From a virus, in the IMG/VR virus record IMGVR_UViG_3300043448_000837, positions 50,041 to 114,040 of that record: 64,000 bases of DNA; one strand, written 5' to 3'. Of the stretch, positions 56,646 through 64,000 are shown one piece after another. The notes beneath the pieces were generated by a model. It made no database searches. It saw only the letters and a program-made list of their open reading frames with translations, and had not been told where the DNA came from. Every line of letters begins with the position of its first letter. The stretch's first letter is position 1. Made by a program: the position numbers and the translations under genes.

Positions 56646-56864
56646 CTATTGATCTAGATCACTTATTTTACCCTCAATTTGCTCCACATAGTCTCGCAAC
56701 TGAGTTACCTGGTGTGCCAATTTCGCCATGATTGAAAGCGCCTCGGTCAGAAACTCCTCAATTTCCTCTCGAGAGAGTTCGTGTAGCCTTCGTCTGATCG
56801 AAAGCACACGAAACTCCGTCTCAAGGGGAAACGGCTTAACCTCAAAGTTCTTCTCGGAGTCCAT
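56646..56864 (-). CDS. nblA: NblA-like phycobilisome degradation protein
   Basis: PLETEFRV...LSREEIEEFL matches the NblA LE-xx-F / SRE pattern; start MDSEK. Confidence 0.55.
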   Translation of the reverse strand: MDSEKNFEVKPFPLETEFRVLSIRRRLHELSREEIEEFLTEALSIMAKLAHQVTQLRDYVEQIEGKISDLDQ

Positions 56865-57519
56865 GTGCAATCGCCTGAAGTTCAAAGAATTTTTCTGCGG
56901 CGTATTCTTTCTCCTCGTCACTCATGGGCTCACCCTCGACGTACTTTAGCAGCATCACCATCTCAGCGTCCGTCAAAGTGCGGATCTCGTGGATAAGGTT
57001 TGGGCTTAACAACGTTGCCTTGTGCTCTTCAAAGTTGTAGACGAACTCGGGAGTGCTCCAGTCCTCGGGCGAGCTATCGTAAGATACGTGGTAATTGTTC
57101 TCGGACATCTCGCAGTTGAGAACTTTACTCTCGTCAAGGCCCAAAATCTCGGCAATTTCCTTGTAGGTCTTGCCCTCTTTCACGAGGTCGGACACTTTGT
57201 TTCGATAGTTGGCAATCCAGCGTGGTGTCCTTACCATGCGAGAGTAATCTCGAAGGGCGTGTTGAATGTAGCCCCTCGCAGTGTTCCATGCGTAAGTGCT
57301 ATACTTAACGTCCATATCGGAGCGGTAACGGGTTGCGGCAACGCACAACGCGAACTTTGCCACCGACTCAAGATCTTCTCGCGTAAGTGATCCCGTGTGA
57401 CCTCCCGTCAAACACTTTGCGCCGTAGGCGAGTCTGCCTGCGATCCAAGTGTGTTCCGTCACAAGTTTCTGCTGCTCGGGCGTCAGTCTCGGGTATTTTT
57501 TGTTGCGACGGCGTGTCAT
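56842..57519 (-). CDS. sigma-70 family sigma factor, SigF/SigB-like
   Basis: REDLES, YSTYAW, GYIQHALRDYSRMVRTPRW, HTH YKEIAEILG. Confidence 0.85.
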   Translation of the reverse strand: MTRRRNKKYPRLTPEQQKLVTEHTWIAGRLAYGAKCLTGGHTGSLTREDLESVAKFALCVAATRYRSDMDVKYSTYAWNTARGYIQHALRDYSRMVRTPRWIANYRNKVSDLVKEGKTYKEIAEILGLDESKVLNCEMSENNYHVSYDSSPEDWSTPEFVYNFEEHKATLLSPNLIHEIRTLTDAEMVMLLKYVEGEPMSDEEKEYAAEKFFELQAIAHGLREEL

Positions 57520-57520
57520 C

Positions 57521-59446
57521 TTAGGCTTCGCAGGAAGTGCATTCCGCATAGTTTGTTGTCCCAGTTTCTTGAGGAATTTCGGCTTTTTCAGTGTGAGCCA
57601 TGAAGTCAGTATAGCCGCCGATGTGCTTCTTGTATAGCCAAAGCTGGGGAACTGTCTGCCATTCAGGGTCCCAATACCCTTTATCTTGAGCCTCTTGTTT
57701 CGAGATTTCCTCGAAAACAATGTTTCTCTTTTGAAGTTCGTCTTTCAGTTTGACGCACCACGGGCAACCTTCCTTTGTAACCACCAGCGCTGGCACCACC
57801 TTTTTATTTGTTAGCAGAGAACTTGACTTTAGGTAGTACAAAGATTTCAGTCCCATCTTCCAGGCAGAAAGGTGAAGACGAGTGATATAAGCAGCGTCAG
57901 ACTCCGGGTCTACAAACAGATTCAAACTTTGCCCTTGGCAGATAAACGGTTGACGATCAGCTGCTTGCTTTACCAGTTCAAACTGGTCAATTTCCCGAGC
58001 TGTTTTGAAGATTTCTTTCTCCTCGTCACTCAGAACGGTAAGGTCCTGAACACTCCCCTTTGCTGTCAGAATCTGCTCCCAAATCCCTTCGCTGACTCCG
58101 CGCTCACAGAGAAGCTTTTCTAGAACAGGATTTTTTCGAACGTAAGTTCCTTTGGCTTGTTTCGCAACAAAATAGTTTGAGTCGATTGGCTCAATCCCTT
58201 GACTAAACGCCCCACTAATAACACTATTGGTCCGAGTAGGAGCAACAGCAATAAGATGAGTATGGCGTCTACCGGACCCCACGCACCACTCGGGCTCCCC
58301 AAACTTCTGTGCCAGTTCTCGTGAGGCAACTTCGGCTCGCTCTCGAATCCACTTATGCGTTTCGATGTTGAGTTCACGAGCGCCAGGCGAGCTGAAAGGT
58401 AATCCACGTTTCTGATACAGTGTGTGAAGGCCCATTGTGCCAAGACCTAGTGCCCGGCTTTTCTCAGCGAAGCGAACGGAGCGACCGAGTCCAACTTTGT
58501 CTTTTGCCTTGCGAATGAATTCCGAAACGACTGCATCGAGGAGATGAATCGCGAGTTCGGGGACTGTACGTCCAGTAGTAGGAGATTTCCAACCACTAAA
58601 CTCGTCGTACCGACTAAGATTGAGGCTGCTAAGGACGCAGACGAACGAATGATGCTCATCGGTGTGAAGGAAGATTTCTGAGCAAAGATTTGAGGTTTTC
58701 ACGGAGAGACCACGCTCAGTGTAACACTCCGGATTTTGCCGATTGGCGTTGTCAATGAAGACCAGATAAGGGGAGCCGGAGATCATCCTGGTTTTTAACA
58801 CCTCTCCAAACAATTCTTGTTTATGACTATCTCCTGCAATCATTGACTCTACCCAGTCATCGGTAATCGTTAGAGCTATGTTACCGTCTAGGAATTTCCT
58901 AGGATCCCCTTTAGAGTGGTCTTTGGAGCGGAGGATTTCTGGGACATCTTTATGGTCGATAGGGATGTAATGGGCGAAAGACCCTCGTCTTACACCCCCT
59001 TGGCTAACTACCCTGGCACACAAATCAAACTGTTGAGCCCAAGGAACCACCCCAGTTGACTTACCTCCCCCCGAGATTGGAGCGCCCGCAGGCCGGATGT
59101 CTCCGTAATATACGCCTACTCCTCCCCCGTTTTTAGACAGCTGAGCCGTCTCCTTAAGGTGAGAATAGATTGAAGATACGCTATCTGAAATGTGAACGGA
59201 GAAGCAGCTGATGGGCAATCCGCGACTGGTTCCGAAATTAGAGCAAACCGGGCTCGCTGGCCCCAGCCAACCTTCCCACAGGCAATGAAATAGGTCTTCC
59301 TCAAGAGTGGGATCTTGATTGACTTTTGCGGCAGTAGAAGCCAATCTAATCATCATGTCACGAGGGGTTTCTCCTGGTAGCAGGTAACCGGCGGACAGAG
59401 TGTGGAGTGCCTCTTCGGGCATCCATTCGGGGTGTGTTTCAAACAT
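57521..59446 (-). CDS. nrdA: Class I ribonucleotide reductase alpha with inserted glutaredoxin domain
   Basis: PISCF, GGGVG, SNLCSEI, APT, KSLYY; then CPWC...TVPQ...IGGY; ends CTSCEA. Confidence 0.95.
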   Translation of the reverse strand: MFETHPEWMPEEALHTLSAGYLLPGETPRDMMIRLASTAAKVNQDPTLEEDLFHCLWEGWLGPASPVCSNFGTSRGLPISCFSVHISDSVSSIYSHLKETAQLSKNGGGVGVYYGDIRPAGAPISGGGKSTGVVPWAQQFDLCARVVSQGGVRRGSFAHYIPIDHKDVPEILRSKDHSKGDPRKFLDGNIALTITDDWVESMIAGDSHKQELFGEVLKTRMISGSPYLVFIDNANRQNPECYTERGLSVKTSNLCSEIFLHTDEHHSFVCVLSSLNLSRYDEFSGWKSPTTGRTVPELAIHLLDAVVSEFIRKAKDKVGLGRSVRFAEKSRALGLGTMGLHTLYQKRGLPFSSPGARELNIETHKWIRERAEVASRELAQKFGEPEWCVGSGRRHTHLIAVAPTRTNSVISGAFSQGIEPIDSNYFVAKQAKGTYVRKNPVLEKLLCERGVSEGIWEQILTAKGSVQDLTVLSDEEKEIFKTAREIDQFELVKQAADRQPFICQGQSLNLFVDPESDAAYITRLHLSAWKMGLKSLYYLKSSSLLTNKKVVPALVVTKEGCPWCVKLKDELQKRNIVFEEISKQEAQDKGYWDPEWQTVPQLWLYKKHIGGYTDFMAHTEKAEIPQETGTTNYAECTSCEA

Positions 59447-60080
59447 TAGTCTTCTTTTTGTAAGGTCCTCTCTTTTTGCCTTTCGCGGCTTCTGACTTTT
59501 TGCGTCTGGTCTCCTCCGAATCTTTTTTGCCTTTTCGATTTTGATTTCCGATACGGGACTCAGATAACTTGCGTTTATGCTCCGCAGTTAAAGGTTTGCC
59601 TTTCTTTGCCTCCGACATTTTTTGTTTGGCTTCCGGGCTACGGGACGCGCCGAAAGAAGGATGAGACTCACCTGTTCTGCCAAACATGGGATTTTTCTCA
59701 CCCCTGTTGTCAAATCCTTTTTCTTGTAAGGCTTTTTTGGTTCCTTCGGAAATTGCTTGTTTTTCTTCCGGGGATCTTGGCTTGCCTTTATTGTGAGCTT
59801 GACTTCCAGTGGTGTCGAATTTTGTTGACGTTTGATAGGAGCGGTTAGAAAACTCTGGATTTGAAGCAACTTTGAAAGTTCTCTGCCACTGGATCTCAGA
59901 GATAACGGCAGCTTCTGCTGAGTTGAACACTCCCAGGATTATCCTGGAGTCTGGGGAGAAACTTTTATCGGAAAAGGAACCTAGGTAACCGTCGTGAAGA
60001 TTTTCTGTGCTGTGTTTTCCGATGTAGTTTCTGCCTCCGGGTTTGCTCTCATAGCTCAAATAGACAATGTGCCAAGTCAT
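59439..60080 (-). CDS. GIY-YIG (Seg-like) homing endonuclease with NUMOD3, between nrdB and nrdA
   Basis: IVY...YIGKH...DGYLGS; NPMFG, SEETRRKKSEA. Confidence 0.85.
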   Translation of the reverse strand: MTWHIVYLSYESKPGGRNYIGKHSTENLHDGYLGSFSDKSFSPDSRIILGVFNSAEAAVISEIQWQRTFKVASNPEFSNRSYQTSTKFDTTGSQAHNKGKPRSPEEKQAISEGTKKALQEKGFDNRGEKNPMFGRTGESHPSFGASRSPEAKQKMSEAKKGKPLTAEHKRKLSESRIGNQNRKGKKDSEETRRKKSEAAKGKKRGPYKKKTNV

Positions 60081-61054
60081 GTCAAAACTAAGTCAAGGGT
60101 TCGTAAATTCACTCCACTAAAATCTTGAGTAGGTTTGGAAACATAGTTGCTTCCATCTTTGGCTTGAGCGAAGAAGTCTGTGCTGGTTGCACCTTCCATG
60201 ATCGGGTGAAACCACTCCTTGATTCGCGTGGCGGCAGCTTCGTCGTAGGTGTATCTTTTGCCAATGTTCAAACGCATGAGCCGGTCGTTTGCGCGGTAAT
60301 AAAGGTAGTTCTCAACGTCGTATTTGTCGATGGTGCTGAGCTTTCGGCCTTTGAAGATGTTGTCCAGGAAGACCAGCTCGTTCTTCACAACTTCATCGAA
60401 ACCGCGAACGATGTTGTATTCCTCGATTTCACCCAGGCCCTCTTCCTTCACCAACTGGTTGAACAGGGCTATTCCGGTTTCTGAATGTTGCTGCTCATCA
60501 AGAGCCGACCAAGAAATGATTTGAGCGATTCCCTTGAAACGCCCAGTAAGGTTAAGGGAGAGAAGAACAGCAAAAGAACTGAATAGAGAAACACCTTCCC
60601 CAGCACCGCTGAACACAGCAAGAGACTCTTTAACTCCTCGATTTTCAAGGAAGTAGCCGATCTTTTGTTGGGCGATTGGGTCGCCAAGGAATGCTTCAAA
60701 CTCATCTAACCCAAGAGTGTCGGATAGCAGATTGTACGCCTCAGCATGAACAATTTCCGAGAGGGCGAAAGCTCTTGCGACTGCAGCAACCTCGTGTTTG
60801 GGAAACCATTCTGGAATGTTTGACCAGTAATCGCTAACATGGCACTCAAGTTGAGTAAACCCCCGGAGGATACCGCCCACGATTTCCCGTTCGTCCTGGC
60901 TTGCGTTTTGCCAGTCGCGAATGTCACTCTCAAAGGAAGCCTCTTGAGGGCGCCATTGAGACGATTGAGCCTTGTGGTAGGCTTCGAAAAACTCAGGGAA
61001 TTCAAATTTCCCGTTCACTTTGTAGGGTTGCCGGTACTCGCGGATACTTGTCAT
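60077..61054 (-). CDS. nrdB: Ribonucleotide reductase beta
   Basis: EIVHAEAY, EGVSLFSSF, DEQQH, DFF. Confidence 0.95.
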   Translation of the reverse strand: MTSIREYRQPYKVNGKFEFPEFFEAYHKAQSSQWRPQEASFESDIRDWQNASQDEREIVGGILRGFTQLECHVSDYWSNIPEWFPKHEVAAVARAFALSEIVHAEAYNLLSDTLGLDEFEAFLGDPIAQQKIGYFLENRGVKESLAVFSGAGEGVSLFSSFAVLLSLNLTGRFKGIAQIISWSALDEQQHSETGIALFNQLVKEEGLGEIEEYNIVRGFDEVVKNELVFLDNIFKGRKLSTIDKYDVENYLYYRANDRLMRLNIGKRYTYDEAAATRIKEWFHPIMEGATSTDFFAQAKDGSNYVSKPTQDFSGVNLRTLDLVLT

Positions 61055-61619
61055 TCTTACGTTTCAGGCGTTTTTCTTCTCGCTCGGCGAGATACTGTTT
61101 TCGGACGGGTTCGTGTTTGGTCTCGTCCCACCAATCTGGTTTCTTGCTGTAGCGCCACTCGGCGTAACCTTTGTAGCCGTTAATGTAGTTGCGGTATGCA
61201 GTAACAGGGTCGCCAGGAACTTTGAACTCTACGGGCATTGCTTGGACAAACTCGGTGTGGTCTCGGGAGTAATCTTTGTTGTGATTGGTGTACACCAGAG
61301 TTCTGATTTGGTTTAGTCCGTGTAGAGTTCCGTGGTATTTGTCATAACGCTGCCAATACTCGTCGGCCATGCCAAAAGCATGTTCAAGCAACCAATGAAC
61401 GTTTGCGGGACTTTCGTAGAGCCACTTTGCACAGGGATGGTGAGCGAACCCTTTCGTGCCGTAGTTGGTCCCGTCTGGTTTCTGGATGTAAACGTTATGC
61501 GTGTTGAAAGCCCATGGGGTCAGCAGTTGAAGCGACTCCGTGGGCATTTTCACTATGAGTTTGTCGGGTAGATCTTTGGCAGCAAGGCAAGGATCGTTGT
61601 TTACAGCAAAAATGTTCAC
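61002..61619 (-). CDS. Pyrimidine-dimer DNA glycosylase (DenV-like)
   Basis: NIF...DKLIVKMPTESLQLL, HHPCAKW, QAMP, AYRNY. Confidence 0.75.
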   Translation of the reverse strand: MNIFAVNNDPCLAAKDLPDKLIVKMPTESLQLLTPWAFNTHNVYIQKPDGTNYGTKGFAHHPCAKWLYESPANVHWLLEHAFGMADEYWQRYDKYHGTLHGLNQIRTLVYTNHNKDYSRDHTEFVQAMPVEFKVPGDPVTAYRNYINGYKGYAEWRYSKKPDWWDETKHEPVRKQYLAEREEKRLKRKNDKYPRVPATLQSEREI

Positions 61620-61750
61620 GGTAGTTTGGAACAGGTGAGTTTAATATAGGGCCGAAAGCTACAGGTAAACCTTAACTTTCCATTTTTGCATAACGTTGCA
61701 TTCTTTCGGTTTCTTTCTGCCGCATCTCCAGGAATGCGTTCTGCATCCGC

Positions 61751-62065
61751 TCAAGTTCCTTCTGTTGTTTCCTTTGCTGCCTCTCGGCCATTATACTGAT
61801 CAACCATAGCAGGGTTATGTTGCCAAGAAGGGTTCCCACTGCCGAAGCTACGGTAAGACTGATAATCAGGGACATAACGACCAAGAGAGAAATTGTTAAC
61901 CATGCGAATATCCGAGTTCGGAAAGCACCAGCATTCACCACCCTCATTCAAAAAGACCATCCACAGAAGATCGTGCTCCTGTGAATAGTCGATAACAGCG
62001 TGAGCCCACCCTCTTCCTTTCGGAGTTTCTAGGGGCAATGGTGGGTTCAACTGCGTAAGGCTCAT
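61751..62065 (-). CDS. hypothetical protein
   Basis: QLNPPLPLETPKG family. Confidence 0.65.
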   Translation of the reverse strand: MSLTQLNPPLPLETPKGRGWAHAVIDYSQEHDLLWMVFLNEGGECWCFPNSDIRMVNNFSLGRYVPDYQSYRSFGSGNPSWQHNPAMVDQYNGREAAKETTEGT

Positions 62066-62155
62066 GAACCTTGGCCCCGATACCGGCGTTTCCTTCCCCG
62101 GTTCGGCGTTGCAGCAAGATTCGTATTGCGAGAACGGCCCTGCGCCGTTTTCTTT

Positions 62156-62407
62156 TCAACCCGAACAATCACTTTCTGACCGGTCGGGGACTTCATTTTT
62201 GCCATCTTGTTCTCGGATGTAGTTTAGTAAACAAGTTTCAAATTCGGTTTGAAACTCTTGCCTGAGCTCTTCTGTCTCGGAAAAGTGGGCCAACCAGAGT
62301 CCGCACTCGGAGCCATCCGGAGCGGACAGATCGAACCCTTCTTCAGTTTCTTCAACTGTGAGATCTTTGAGCGATTCGGGGGTTGGCCACCACATTTGTG
62401 TCACCAA
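62156..62407 (-). CDS. hypothetical protein
   Basis: Coupled ORF. Confidence 0.5.
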   Translation of the reverse strand: MVTQMWWPTPESLKDLTVEETEEGFDLSAPDGSECGLWLAHFSETEELRQEFQTEFETCLLNYIREQDGKNEVPDRSESDCSG

Positions 62408-62598
62408 ATTCCGGGAATGATTTGGCCGGTTAGGGCATAGGCACCAAGAGCAGCGATGACACCAAGCATTGCGAGGCGTCCATTCAGTTTTTCTGCGCGT
62501 TCGTTGTGAGGAACGCCGTAAGGATGGTCAACCATGGTAATTGGAGGTTCTTTTGCGAAGATGTTTTGCTGTCCCAGCTCGTTGGAAGTGACTGTCAT
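62401..62598 (-). CDS. hli: High-light inducible protein
   Basis: AEKLNGRLAMLG...TGQIIPGIW. Confidence 0.95.
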   Translation of the reverse strand: MTVTSNELGQQNIFAKEPPITMVDHPYGVPHNERAEKLNGRLAMLGVIAALGAYALTGQIIPGIW

Positions 62599-62797
62599 TA
62601 GTTTAGTGCGTAGGACACCACCAGTATAGGGGCTCGTTACAAAAGTAAACGTCAAGCCTCATCTTTGTTCTTCTGCTCTTTCTTTTCGAGTTTTCGCAGG
62701 CGACGGTGTTCCAGCCACTTATGAAAGAATGCCAGCTCACCGAATGAGAAAAGCTCGGGATTCTTGAGAGCTTCTTTAGCCAGTTTCTTTTTACTTG

Positions 62798-63124
62798 TCA
62801 TCTGTTGATCTCCTGCATTGAAATTTCGATCGGTTGAAAGTAGTCAATCAAGACTTGCATTCCTTCTCGCGAATTCATGTCCCCGCAGGTATATACGTCG
62901 ATGGCGCAACACCCTCTCTCCGGGAAAGTGTGAATGCTGATGTGACTTTCTGCGAGAGCGTAAACGATTGTTACGCCTTGCGGAACAAATTGGTGAGAAA
63001 ACCGGTTGAGAACGGTTGCGCCGCACACTTCCACAGCTTTCTCAAAAGCCCGTTTGATTCCCTCAGAATCGTCAAGCAAGTTAAAAGCTATCCCGTAAAG
63101 GGATACAAGTACGTGATGTCCCAA
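62798..63124 (-). CDS. speD: S-adenosylmethionine decarboxylase
   Basis: PQGVT, LAESHISIHTFPE, DVYTCG. Confidence 0.92.
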   Translation of the reverse strand: MGHHVLVSLYGIAFNLLDDSEGIKRAFEKAVEVCGATVLNRFSHQFVPQGVTIVYALAESHISIHTFPERGCCAIDVYTCGDMNSREGMQVLIDYFQPIEISMQEINR

Positions 63125-63138
63125 CCCTCATAAGCCTC

Positions 63139-63483
63139 CTACGAATCCGGAACTAGGATTTCTTTTGTTTTTTCACGAAGTTCGACAACAGTTGCTGAAC
63201 CGATGTGGTGTCCCACGTACTTCCCCTGTTTCGTTAAATACACGTAAACAGGTAGGTCGATCGTGTAGTCGTTGTTAAGCGCATAGCGCTCAAGGCACTG
63301 GTACAAGCGGAGTTTCGTAAAGTCATTGTCGTGGTTGATTACGTCATTCAGGTTAACTTCCTGATAAGCAACTTCCGAAAAACCTTCGTACACTGCTCGA
63401 TCATGTTTGCTCATGTGTTTGCAAACGTCGCAGTCCTCGTCGTAGACCTTCGTGACAATGAAAGTTTTACCCGTTTCAGTCAT
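63139..63483 (-). CDS. Thioredoxin-fold protein
   Basis: CDVC, LPVY. Confidence 0.6.
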   Translation of the reverse strand: MTETGKTFIVTKVYDEDCDVCKHMSKHDRAVYEGFSEVAYQEVNLNDVINHDNDFTKLRLYQCLERYALNNDYTIDLPVYVYLTKQGKYVGHHIGSATVVELREKTKEILVPDS

Positions 63484-63728
63484 ACCCCCACCACCTTCCA
63501 AAGGTCGATATCCCGAGTTTTTTCTTCAGAGTGGTATATGCAACACATGGAATCCCATTTGAGCGGGTTGGGGAACTCTTTTGTAACTAGGGTGCAATCT
63601 ACAAACGGTGACTCAGTTTCCACGATCTCGCGAGCAAAATCCTCGGCATCCTCGTATTCCTCGGCAAGGACATACGCCTCGTACTCTACTCTCACAACGT
63701 AGAGTTTCTTTCCTTCGTATTCAATCAT
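63480..63728 (-). CDS. hypothetical protein
   Basis: 82-aa ORF. Confidence 0.55.
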   Translation of the reverse strand: MIEYEGKKLYVVRVEYEAYVLAEEYEDAEDFAREIVETESPFVDCTLVTKEFPNPLKWDSMCCIYHSEEKTRDIDLWKVVGV

Positions 63729-64000
63729 TTGATTAAGGCTTCCAGTTCGGTGGTGGCAATCTTAGCAGAAGAGGCAATAAACGCACAAATGCTACTTTTA
63801 GGCACAGTTCAATTGCTGCACCAAGAGCAATTAGTAGAGCGAAGGTGAATAGAGAGTTAAGCATCGGCACCCTCCACCCCAGGCACCGGCAGCGCCCAGT
63901 GGGGGAGCCAGGTCATGTCAGGCTCCAGATTTTTCCCCAGCATTTTTATAAGAGTCCACGACGGCAGCCCAAGCATGTCGTCAAACACCCAACACCTCCC

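Overview
This is a 64-kb segment of a large lytic cyanophage genome. The host is probably a picocyanobacterium (Synechococcus/Cyanobium), judged from psbA, hli, an nblA-like gene, a cyanobacterial porin and a permuted tmRNA. Essentially all genes lie on the minus strand. In window order: (1) a DNA-hypermodification locus (TET/JBP dioxygenase, TET-associated glycosyltransferase, HAD phosphatase, nucleotidyltransferase; 1-3.1 kb); (2) a ~26-kb early/accessory region of small genes, punctuated by a repeated ~72-bp promoter cassette that often yields leaderless mRNAs, and containing RNA-repair enzymes and an AT-rich foreign island; (3) a large RNA operon (29.6-38.4 kb) with four tandem promoters and rRNA-type boxB/boxA leaders, a two-piece tmRNA, tRNA-like RNAs and about 2 kb of non-coding sequence packed with predicted pseudoknots and kissing loops (with three more tRNAs at 21 kb, the window has 32 tRNAs covering all 20 amino acids); (4) tail-fibre/virion genes, a glnA riboswitch with DUF4278, psbA split by an HNH-containing group I intron, candidate head-internal proteins, a SigF/SigB-like sigma factor, nrdA (glutaredoxin-fused) and nrdB, denV-like, hli and speD. 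The best candidates for undescribed biology are the pseudoknot-module ncRNA array inside the tRNA operon, the phage's rrn-like antitermination leaders, the three-class promoter code and the TET-glycosylation locus. All structure and family calls were made by eye, with no database searches.
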